From Candidatus Geothermarchaeota archaeon (GTDB lineage: Archaea > Thermoproteota > Nitrososphaeria > Geothermarchaeales > JDFR-13), in assembly GCA_015523545.1 (NCBI GenBank), contig WAKB01000010.1, positions 4,462 to 68,461 of the forward strand: 64,000 nt of DNA. The letters run 5' to 3'. Each line of letters starts with the position of its first letter. Within the stretch, counting starts at the first letter, position 1. The notes beneath the pieces were generated by a model, which made no database searches, had not been told where the DNA came from, and saw only the letters and a program-made list of their open reading frames with translations. The position numbers and the translations under genes are program-made. Shown here one piece after another: positions 47,288 through 55,646 of the stretch.

Positions 47288-48617
47288 CCTCGATAACCAC
47301 CCCCACACTAGATGCAAACTCCTCTATAGCCTCCACCGTGTGGAAGAAGTTGATGTTCATGCTCAGGCCATAGTCCGAGACGTTACCAGGGAGGTAATCC
47401 ATCCCCCTAAGCCTGTCGTACAGCCTATTGAGATCCACACCCTCAAAGGCCATTGTGAATCTCCTATGGAATGGAGATGACGATGGCTGCGAGCCACCAT
47501 GTCTCTCCAGCATATCAGCCAGCCTATGCGCCAGCTCCATCATCTCAAGAGACTTATTGACCAAACCACCCCTACCCATGATAAGAATATTTACTAGGAC
47601 CTGGACAGCGCTCAACGCCTCATTAGTACATATGTTTGATGTAGCGTTGGCCCTACGTATATGCTGCTCCCTAGTCTGTAGAATCATAGTATATGCCCTG
47701 TCCCCATCCATGGTTCTAGTCTCCCCTATCAGCCTGCCAGGCATACTCCTAATAAGCCTATGCTCACCCCTGACAGCGAAGACACCCAGCAGCGGACCCC
47801 CAGCACCCATATATAGACCCATGGGCTGTCCCTCAGCCACCGCCACATCCGCACCTATATCACCGGGGGGAGCAACTATAGGTGTAGACCATAGATCCGT
47901 GTATACTATGAACAAGGCTCCATAGCTATGGACAAGATCCGCCAGCTTATTGACATCCTCATACAGATATCCGAGGGAGGAGGGGAACTCGATCACCAGT
48001 GCGGATACACCATCCTTGAGTAGGGACTCAATCATGGAGAGAGAATCACTATTGATGGTCGGGTCATCATAGCTTATGATCTCTAAACCTGCCCCATATA
48101 AGTATGTATCCACCACACGGGAGAGGTGGGGAGGCAGGGTCCTAGGAAGTAGGACCCTGGGATGGCCAACAACACGGTAAGCCAGTAATATAGCCTCGGC
48201 AAGGGCTGAGGCACCATCATACATGGAGGAGTTGACCACCTCAAGACCTAGGAGCTCCGCCATCACACTCTGATACTCATACAGAGCCTGGAGCATCCCC
48301 TGACTCATCTCAGGCTGATACGGAGTATACGAGGTGAGGAACTCCCCCCTACTTACTAGATACCTCGTGGCGGGATACACGAAGGCAGGCTCCACACCCC
48401 ATCCCGCATACACCTTCTCAGGCCTGTAGACCCTGTTTCTCTCTGAGAGGCCTTCCATATATCGGATAAGAGAGGGCTGATCCATAGAGGGGAGATCCCC
48501 ACCCGGGATCTCAGAGATGAATCCCCCCAGTATACTCTCCATGAAACTATCGAGATCCCTAAATCCCAGCTCATTCAGAATAGCCTCAACATCGCTAGGG
48601 CTGGGGAGGAATGTCAT
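47271..48617 (-). CDS. gcvPA: Glycine dehydrogenase (decarboxylating) subunit 1
   Basis: RGEFLTSYTPYQPEMSQG, NSSMYDGASA, LQTREQHIRR..ATSNICTN. Confidence 0.95.
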   Translation of the reverse strand: MTFLPSPSDVEAILNELGFRDLDSFMESILGGFISEIPGGDLPSMDQPSLIRYMEGLSERNRVYRPEKVYAGWGVEPAFVYPATRYLVSRGEFLTSYTPYQPEMSQGMLQALYEYQSVMAELLGLEVVNSSMYDGASALAEAILLAYRVVGHPRVLLPRTLPPHLSRVVDTYLYGAGLEIISYDDPTINSDSLSMIESLLKDGVSALVIEFPSSLGYLYEDVNKLADLVHSYGALFIVYTDLWSTPIVAPPGDIGADVAVAEGQPMGLYMGAGGPLLGVFAVRGEHRLIRSMPGRLIGETRTMDGDRAYTMILQTREQHIRRANATSNICTNEALSAVQVLVNILIMGRGGLVNKSLEMMELAHRLADMLERHGGSQPSSSPFHRRFTMAFEGVDLNRLYDRLRGMDYLPGNVSDYGLSMNINFFHTVEAIEEFASSVGVVIEDVQTG

Positions 48618-48672
48618 CCAGACCACCGGTCGCCAAACCTTATATACTCATCTAATCGAAAATAACAATTAA

Positions 48673-50298
48673 GTGGTCGAGATGCCACCTTCTAACCAGG
48701 CTAGAACCAGCCTATTAATTATATTGGCAATACTCCTCACAATCCTCATAATCCCCCCGGCAGCCAGCCAGGGAGGCGTCAGACAGTCTATAGAGGCCTC
48801 TGTCGAGTCTGGAGGCGGTAACCTATATATTAAGATAACCCTGGCTGGAGACGGGCTAAAATCTGTAGACAAAATAACTGCAAACCTTCCCGAGAACTAC
48901 ATAGGGGATAATGACTATCTAAGGGTATATACACAGACCGATGATGAGAAATCCGAGGTGATATTCACATATAGTGATGGGGTACTAGAGGTAGATACCT
49001 CCCAACTAGGTGAGAACCTTATAATCGAGATCTATAAGCCGGAGGCCGTAAAGCCAGACACAAAGGGTAGATACACGGTAGAGGTCCTAACGTATCTCGA
49101 GACCAACCTCGAGACCAACCAGCAAGACTTCGAGTTCAGGCCTGGACTAGACGTCAAGGGTGTTGATGAGGAGCTACCTCCAGGCTTCTCACAAGTGAGA
49201 TCCTCACCTGAGGGAGTGACACCTGAGCAGTACCAGATATCACGAATACTAACAGAGACGGAGCTACTCCTCATGGATAATACGGAGATAGAGACCTTCC
49301 CACTACAACAGGTGAGCGAGGAGAGAGTATCACTACTAATAGCCGATACAGCAGTGGAGATAAGGCTGGACGCAGACCCCCGGGGATTCATACGCGGTAT
49401 AATGAACCTATCCATAACCAATAGAGACCTTATAGTATGGCCCTCCAATACCGAGATATTCCTAAATAAGACCTACGACATAGTCGAGGTGAAGACCCAG
49501 CTAGGTCGGCCTCTGGACTACGAGTTTACAGGTAGGGTATACAAAGTCTCGACTCCATACCACATAAAGCCAAATGAGACACTCACCATGGAGATAAGCT
49601 TCACAATCAACGAGTCGATAGAGGTCATACCAGGCCTAACGCCAACCATCAAATACAACATCTCACTACCCAACCCCACCACGATACCAGCCGACATATT
49701 CAGGGTGGCGATACCCGACACTGGATATGAGGAGTCAGTAGAGTACTATACAGACTATGAAGAGGACATAAAGGTGGTCGGGGAGATAACAATAAGCCTG
49801 ACCGACATAATCGAGGACTACGGCCTAACATACATACTCTCATCAATCATCATAATCGGGATAGCGGCAGCAACCTACACCAGGATCAGGAAGATCCTGC
49901 TACAGGACCTACCAGAAGAAGTGAGACGCTTCATAGACCAGTATCTCGAGGAGGCAAACCTAATGAAGAAGATCCTAGAGCTGGAGAAGGAGTATAGCGA
50001 GGGTAGGCTGAAGGATAGGGAGTTCCTAAAGAGGAGGAGCCAACTCAACAAGGAGATAAGAGATGTTAGGAGGAGACTCTCAAACCTTAGGAACAGGGTT
50101 AAGAAACTAGCCGCGGAGAATGACGAGATAGCCAGGATAATAAGGGATGTGGAGGAGCTGGAGGAGACGTGGAAGAAGCTGAACGACCTAGAGGAGTCTA
50201 GAAGGAAGAAGCTTATCGACCAGGAGACCTACCGCCGCGACAGAGAGGAACTAATAACCAGGTTCGAGATACTCCTAAACAAGCTCACCAAGATCTAG
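48673..50298 (+). CDS. Type I membrane protein (signal peptide, beta-rich ectodomain, one TM, cytoplasmic helical bundle); ribophorin-I-like architecture
   Basis: Signal peptide ending PAASQ; acidic ectodomain with N-x-S/T sites; TM YILSSIIIIGIAAATY; charged helical tail. Confidence 0.8.
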   Translation: MVEMPPSNQARTSLLIILAILLTILIIPPAASQGGVRQSIEASVESGGGNLYIKITLAGDGLKSVDKITANLPENYIGDNDYLRVYTQTDDEKSEVIFTYSDGVLEVDTSQLGENLIIEIYKPEAVKPDTKGRYTVEVLTYLETNLETNQQDFEFRPGLDVKGVDEELPPGFSQVRSSPEGVTPEQYQISRILTETELLLMDNTEIETFPLQQVSEERVSLLIADTAVEIRLDADPRGFIRGIMNLSITNRDLIVWPSNTEIFLNKTYDIVEVKTQLGRPLDYEFTGRVYKVSTPYHIKPNETLTMEISFTINESIEVIPGLTPTIKYNISLPNPTTIPADIFRVAIPDTGYEESVEYYTDYEEDIKVVGEITISLTDIIEDYGLTYILSSIIIIGIAAATYTRIRKILLQDLPEEVRRFIDQYLEEANLMKKILELEKEYSEGRLKDREFLKRRSQLNKEIRDVRRRLSNLRNRVKKLAAENDEIARIIRDVEELEETWKKLNDLEESRRKKLIDQETYRRDREELITRFEILLNKLTKI

Positions 50299-50303
50299 AG
50301 GAG

Positions 50304-50428
50304 TGGTAGCCCCGCCCGGATTCGAACCGGGGTCACCGGGGATCCCCTACCCGGCACCAGCCGGGGATCCAAAGCCCTATGCCCCCCCACACAGGGGTCG
50401 GCATGCTTGGCCGCTACACCACGGGGCT
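50304..50428 (-). tRNA. tRNA-Gln(TTG) with two introns (29/30: 50377-50398; 37/38: 50342-50368), CCA encoded
   Basis: A1-U72 acceptor typical of archaeal tRNA-Gln; 76-nt mature cloverleaf; the 29/30 intron has a perfect central helix ATGC/GCAT. Confidence 0.92.
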
Positions 50429-50510
50429 ACCCAAGCCAAAGATTCTATAAACAAGACTTTTAACCCTTTCTCCCAGGATTTAACGGAGAGCCGAGGCAAA
50501 TATATTAGGC

Positions 50511-51002
50511 ATGGAGAGCCGACACCCAATAAACCATATAGGTAGGAATGTCAAGCTTGGTAGGAACGTAAAGATATGGCACTTCACATATATCGGGGAC
50601 AACACCGAGATTGGGGATGACACTAAGATAGGCTCGCTAGTCCATATCGACTACAACGTCAAGATCGGTAGCCGATGCATGATAGAGGGCATGGTCTACA
50701 TCCCTCCCCTTACAGTGATAGGTGACGACGTCTTCATAGGCCCGGGAGTCATAATTACGAATGATCCATACCCACCCTCGAAGAGACTTATAGGCACTGT
50801 GATAGAAGACGGCGCCGTAATAGGGGCTGGAGCAATGATAAAGGCTGGGGTGAGGATCGGGAGGAGAGCCGTCATAGGGATGGGGGCTGTAGTGACTAGA
50901 GACGTACCGCCAGAGACCGTCGTATATGGAAACCCAGCAAAGCCCAGGTACAGCCTTGAGGAATATCTAAGACGCAAGGCGAGATGGGAGGAAGGAGACT
51001 AA
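50511..51002 (+). CDS. Hexapeptide-repeat acetyltransferase (left-handed beta-helix)
   Basis: Repeated IG motifs, IGPGVIITNDPYP, GAVVTRDVPP...GNPA. Confidence 0.9.
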   Translation: MESRHPINHIGRNVKLGRNVKIWHFTYIGDNTEIGDDTKIGSLVHIDYNVKIGSRCMIEGMVYIPPLTVIGDDVFIGPGVIITNDPYPPSKRLIGTVIEDGAVIGAGAMIKAGVRIGRRAVIGMGAVVTRDVPPETVVYGNPAKPRYSLEEYLRRKARWEEGD

Positions 51003-52144
51003 ACAAACATTAGATACCTATTACGCCATAGAGCCTCCTCACAATCATCCCACTCCACACCCCTCCTACTATACATCCTCCTAGCAATCTCCATAGCCTT
51101 CTCAATATCCATCAAGACCTCCTCACCATCCCTATAGATCCTGAAGGGGGGTACACTCCTATCCACCAAGCCATGGAGATGGGTAGAGACCCCCACCACC
51201 GACCCCCCGTATATAGAGGTGTTAATACTGGTCTTGACATGATCACCCAAGAAGGACCCAAGTTTGATCCTACCAGTAGACACACCACCGCCCCACTTCA
51301 CCCTAACCTCCCCATAGGTATTCTTCAGATCACTGAGAACAGTCCCAGCACCGATATTAACCCAGAACCCAAGTAGACTATGCCCGATATAGGAGTGGTG
51401 AGCCGAGTTCGTATATCCAAGGATGACTGAGTCCGAAACCTCGCCACCCAGCTTACATACAGGGCCTACTATAGACCTACTAAGCTTAGCCCCATATATC
51501 CATGAAGACTCGCCGATAATGAGGGGGCCTACCAAGTGGTTGAAGCCTATGACCTCACAACCATCTAGGATAAGTATCGGCCCCTCATCCACATCGATAT
51601 ACGTCTTGTCAAGATCTATCTCTACATCCCTCCCTACATAGAGACCCTCTACAACCTCCTCCAGCCCCAGATACTCTGCCACCTCGGCTAGAAGGGATGG
51701 GAAGAGCCTACTGCCTAGGAAATCCATCAAGTCCCATGGCCTCCTGAAGAGGGTCAGCCCATAACCAGTGATATCCACCTCCTCCCCCTTACCCTCGCCC
51801 AACCATCCAACCAAGACGTCATTGTACACGATCCTAACCGGCCCTCCGAGACTGAAGACATCATCCACCAGCCTCATCAACCCCTTTGGAGAACCCAGGA
51901 TATTCTCGACCAGGAATAATCCATCACTATTCTCGCCAACCACCTCGACAGGAACCCTCTTACTAGGAATATATCCAGCCCACAAACCAGTCAACCTATA
52001 CGAGACCTCATAGCCACGGGATAGAACCTCAAGGAGTGATGGGCCCAATAATCGCCAGGCGAGCGGGGGACTATAGATGTGGAGATAGGCTAGGAAGGGC
52101 TCATACTCCCTATCAGGATATAGAACGACCCTCTCCATATCCAT
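50999..52144 (-). CDS. GlmU-like sugar nucleotidyl/acetyltransferase family protein
   Basis: Hexapeptide region, GPVCKLGGEVSDS, HHSYIGHS, NIGAGTVLSDLKNTYG, KLGSFLGDHVKT; degenerate N-terminal domain. Confidence 0.8.
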   Translation of the reverse strand: MDMERVVLYPDREYEPFLAYLHIYSPPLAWRLLGPSLLEVLSRGYEVSYRLTGLWAGYIPSKRVPVEVVGENSDGLFLVENILGSPKGLMRLVDDVFSLGGPVRIVYNDVLVGWLGEGKGEEVDITGYGLTLFRRPWDLMDFLGSRLFPSLLAEVAEYLGLEEVVEGLYVGRDVEIDLDKTYIDVDEGPILILDGCEVIGFNHLVGPLIIGESSWIYGAKLSRSIVGPVCKLGGEVSDSVILGYTNSAHHSYIGHSLLGFWVNIGAGTVLSDLKNTYGEVRVKWGGGVSTGRIKLGSFLGDHVKTSINTSIYGGSVVGVSTHLHGLVDRSVPPFRIYRDGEEVLMDIEKAMEIARRMYSRRGVEWDDCEEALWRNRYLMFV

Positions 52145-52175
52145 CTATATACAATGGCGAGGACTAGAAACATAT

Positions 52176-52610
52176 TTGAAGCCTATGAGGATGCTCCTAA
52201 TACACGCCGAGAGATTCAGCTATAGAGTCCTGACGGAGCACGGCCCCCTATCCCCAGCTAGGGACGAGGTGGATCAGAGCACCATAGAGAATTCCTATAA
52301 AGATATCCTCATATGCTTCACCACTGTGGAGGAGGGGGACTGGGAGAGGAGGGAGGAGATCTTCAAGGGGCTGGAAGACCTGGTTAGCCACTCCTCAAAG
52401 ATCGGTGTGGAGAAGATACTTATCTATCCCTATGCCCACCTATCATCGAGGCTAGAGGATCCCAGGAAGGCCCTTAGACTCATAAAGATACTGGCCAAGA
52501 AACTCTCTGGATACGGGGTAGAGGTTTATAGAGCCCCCTTCGGATGGTATAAGGCCTTCAGCCTCTCCACAAAGGGCCATCCATTGGCCGAGTCGTACAG
52601 GGAGCTATAG
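52176..52610 (+). CDS. Stand-alone archaeal threonyl-tRNA synthetase editing domain
   Basis: MRMLLIHA, VEEGD, IYPYAHLS, APFGWYKAF...KGHPLAE; stops right after the domain. Confidence 0.9.
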   Translation: MKPMRMLLIHAERFSYRVLTEHGPLSPARDEVDQSTIENSYKDILICFTTVEEGDWERREEIFKGLEDLVSHSSKIGVEKILIYPYAHLSSRLEDPRKALRLIKILAKKLSGYGVEVYRAPFGWYKAFSLSTKGHPLAESYREL

Positions 52611-52708
<98 letters not shown>

Positions 52709-52760
52709 TCTATAGACAAGCTGGACCGACCCACTATTTATCAGATATATCTCTATAGAC

Positions 52761-55646
52761 TCATGCAACGTATATAGCGGGGTATAATGGGAAAGCCATC
52801 TTCCTACTCTTCACATCAACAGCCAGCTCCTCACCCTCCCTATAGACCTTGACAGTAACGTCCAGACCATGGGCCTTCAAATACCTTGGCAAGAGACTCC
52901 TAAGAACGTTATACTCCTCCTCGGCAGACAGAGACTTGAGGAGGCCTAGGTACTTTACCCTCCTACCATACCACTCCCTAGAGACGAACTTCATAACACT
53001 GCCCAAGACCTTACCATCGCCCAGCCTAGAACGTATAATCCTCCTAGCACCATCAAGCTCCTGATCCGCAGCCTCGCTGAAAACAGACCATAGCTCCTCA
53101 CCAGCCACAACCACGTGTATCTCCCTAGCACCACCCAGAACCCTGACCAGCTCCTTAATATCCCTCACAACCTCCTCTAGGTACCCATCTATCAGGAGAG
53201 ACTTCTCATCGATCTCCCAGCCCCTGGGATACTCGGAGAAATATACGTATCCATCCATTCCGAGGACATCCCTCCATAGGTACTGGGCTAGGAAGGGTGT
53301 ATACATCGATATGAGCTTGACGAAGTCTGTTACAACACTCCTAATAAGCCCCTTGTTAGGATGTGTGGCGATGGCCATATACTTCTCAATAGAGTTCAAC
53401 AGCTCATTGAAGATTGCCCGGGCCGCCCGGGCGACCTCCATCTTCTCCAGTGCCTCCTCCACCTCGTTGACTATCTTGGAGAACTTCGATCTTAGCCAGG
53501 TGTCGAAAAACTCGTCACCACCCCCCTCCTCCAGTCCAACCACCCTCTCAACGAGCCGCTCTATCCTCTGCATCTTCTGCAGCGCCGCATATCCACTCGA
53601 CCCCCTCCAGTCGGGATCTTCCAGACCATCTACAGTCATGAGTATCGAGAGCCGGAGAGCATCTGCACTCACGGTTTCGATGGCCTTCTCCATAGATATG
53701 TAGTTGCCACTGGACTTGGACATCGGCCTACCATTTAGACGTGTAAAACCGTTTGCGGTTATCCCCCTTGGCCACTTATCCCTAGGGAAGATGGCTACGT
53801 GGTGGAAGACGTAGAAGGTGAGATGATTACTTATCAAGTCTTTCCCAGAACCCCTGAGATCCACAGGGTACCAGTATAGGAACTCCTCCCTAATCCTCTC
53901 GAGAACCTCCCTATCCACACCACTAGACTCCGAGACATGGTCGACATTACCCATCCCAAGGAATACATAGTTGAAGAACTCATCCCCAACCCTATCAGCC
54001 TTCAACAAACCCTGGTTATAGAACTTGGCTACTGTGTAGAACGCGGGGTAGATCGTGGAGTCCGTGAGAGTCTCCACTATCCATTCCCTATCAAAGGGGA
54101 AGGGCGTACCTAGGCCAGACCTCCTAGTACATGGCCAGTCCTCATACCAGTCAATATAGTGGTGGAGAAGACTCCTCACCTCCTCAGGGAAGCACGACAT
54201 ATCGTCGACCGCCCTATGGGCCTGCCTCTTCCACCTAGGGTCGGAGTATTTCAAGAACCATTGATCGGGGAGGATCTTGACTATGCATCTAGCGGTACAT
54301 CTACATATAACTGGTTCCGGGAGGTCATACATCTTATCCGCTAGGCCCATATCCCTGAGGATCTCGAACGTCTTCTCCCTAGCCTCACCTGTAGGCAGGC
54401 CGCCTACAAACCTGTTATCCTCCAACATATATCCATTCACATACTCCTGGTGATAGATCTCCTTCGTCGCCTTCTCAAGCCTAGGATCGTTCTGGCTCTC
54501 GATACCCATCCTCTCAACGATCTCCACAGCCGGGAACTGGCCGAACCCCTTACCCCTGATAACCAAGACCTGTATAGGCTTAATATCCCTAGCGATGGCC
54601 GCTAACTCCTCCCCATAGACCCCCCTAGCCACATCCCTAAGAGCGGCATAGTCATATGGGGCGTGGGCAGGTACGCTGTAGACAACACCCGTTATCGAGG
54701 TTGGATCTACAAATGCGGCTGGGAGGATAGGCACCTTCCTCCCCACCAATGGAGCCTCGGCCCACTTACCAACAAGATCCCTCCCCAAAAACTCCTCCAA
54801 CACCTCCACCCGCTTCAGCTGGTTCTGAAGCTTATACGCTGCATCACTACTAACTATCCACTTCTCCCCATCGACATCAGCCAAGACATATTTAGCCTCT
54901 GGGTTGACCCAGATATTTGTAACCCCATATATCGTCTCCGGCCTTAGGGTCCCGGCAACTATATATGCATCACCCAACCTAAACTTGATCAGGTAGTACT
55001 CCTCGGGCCTGACACCCTCCCCCTCAAGCCTATCATGATCACCGGTGGGGCTCTGGTCGACGGGGCACCAGACCACTGGGTGGCTCCCCTGGACAATGTA
55101 TCCCTTGTTGTAGAGCTGCCTAATCTGCCACTCCACAAACTTGTTATAAAGCTCGTGTAGACTGGTTGTGTGGAACTCCCTCCTCCAGTCTATCGATAAG
55201 CCATACCTCTTGACCACCCGCCTATTCTTCTCCGTGAAATACTTGACGAAGTATACTGGATCCTGTAGCTTCTCAAGATCCTCCGGATCCACGCCGTCTA
55301 GGTCGACAAGCCTACTTATAACTGATTGGTCACCCATCCTCAGCCTATGAACAGTACCATATACAGCCTCCCCAGTCCAGTGCCACGCCCAAGGATATAG
55401 GACGTTGAAGCCCTTCAGCCTCTTATACCTCGCATATACATCCAGCCTACCAGATGTATATGCATGGCCCAGGTGTAGGGAGCCATTCATATAGGGATAT
55501 GGAAAGGTAACAAGTATCTTAGGCCTCCCATCAGGGTCCGCCTCAAAAACCCCCTCCTCAACAATCTCCCTAGAGAGGCGTTCCTCCCTCTCAAGAACCT
55601 TTCTCAGATACTCCTCATGAGGAGAGCCTTCCTTCTCCCGAGACAT
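52761..55646 (-). CDS. leuS: Leucyl-tRNA synthetase (archaeal type)
   Basis: TFPYPYMNGSLHLGH, DHDRLEGEG, TLRPET, DSTIY, GKDLISNHL, MSKS. Confidence 0.97.
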   Translation of the reverse strand: MSREKEGSPHEEYLRKVLEREERLSREIVEEGVFEADPDGRPKILVTFPYPYMNGSLHLGHAYTSGRLDVYARYKRLKGFNVLYPWAWHWTGEAVYGTVHRLRMGDQSVISRLVDLDGVDPEDLEKLQDPVYFVKYFTEKNRRVVKRYGLSIDWRREFHTTSLHELYNKFVEWQIRQLYNKGYIVQGSHPVVWCPVDQSPTGDHDRLEGEGVRPEEYYLIKFRLGDAYIVAGTLRPETIYGVTNIWVNPEAKYVLADVDGEKWIVSSDAAYKLQNQLKRVEVLEEFLGRDLVGKWAEAPLVGRKVPILPAAFVDPTSITGVVYSVPAHAPYDYAALRDVARGVYGEELAAIARDIKPIQVLVIRGKGFGQFPAVEIVERMGIESQNDPRLEKATKEIYHQEYVNGYMLEDNRFVGGLPTGEAREKTFEILRDMGLADKMYDLPEPVICRCTARCIVKILPDQWFLKYSDPRWKRQAHRAVDDMSCFPEEVRSLLHHYIDWYEDWPCTRRSGLGTPFPFDREWIVETLTDSTIYPAFYTVAKFYNQGLLKADRVGDEFFNYVFLGMGNVDHVSESSGVDREVLERIREEFLYWYPVDLRGSGKDLISNHLTFYVFHHVAIFPRDKWPRGITANGFTRLNGRPMSKSSGNYISMEKAIETVSADALRLSILMTVDGLEDPDWRGSSGYAALQKMQRIERLVERVVGLEEGGGDEFFDTWLRSKFSKIVNEVEEALEKMEVARAARAIFNELLNSIEKYMAIATHPNKGLIRSVVTDFVKLISMYTPFLAQYLWRDVLGMDGYVYFSEYPRGWEIDEKSLLIDGYLEEVVRDIKELVRVLGGAREIHVVVAGEELWSVFSEAADQELDGARRIIRSRLGDGKVLGSVMKFVSREWYGRRVKYLGLLKSLSAEEEYNVLRSLLPRYLKAHGLDVTVKVYREGEELAVDVKSRKMAFPLYPAIYVA

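Noticed and set aside
49096-49119. Tandem 12-nt repeat CTCGAGACCAAC x2 (LETNLETN)
   Set aside because: Two in-frame copies only; an ordinary micro-duplication.
50303-50545. Short ORFs over tRNA genes (also 4781-4975)
   Set aside because: They are translations of tRNA-Gln and tRNA-Ser sequence.
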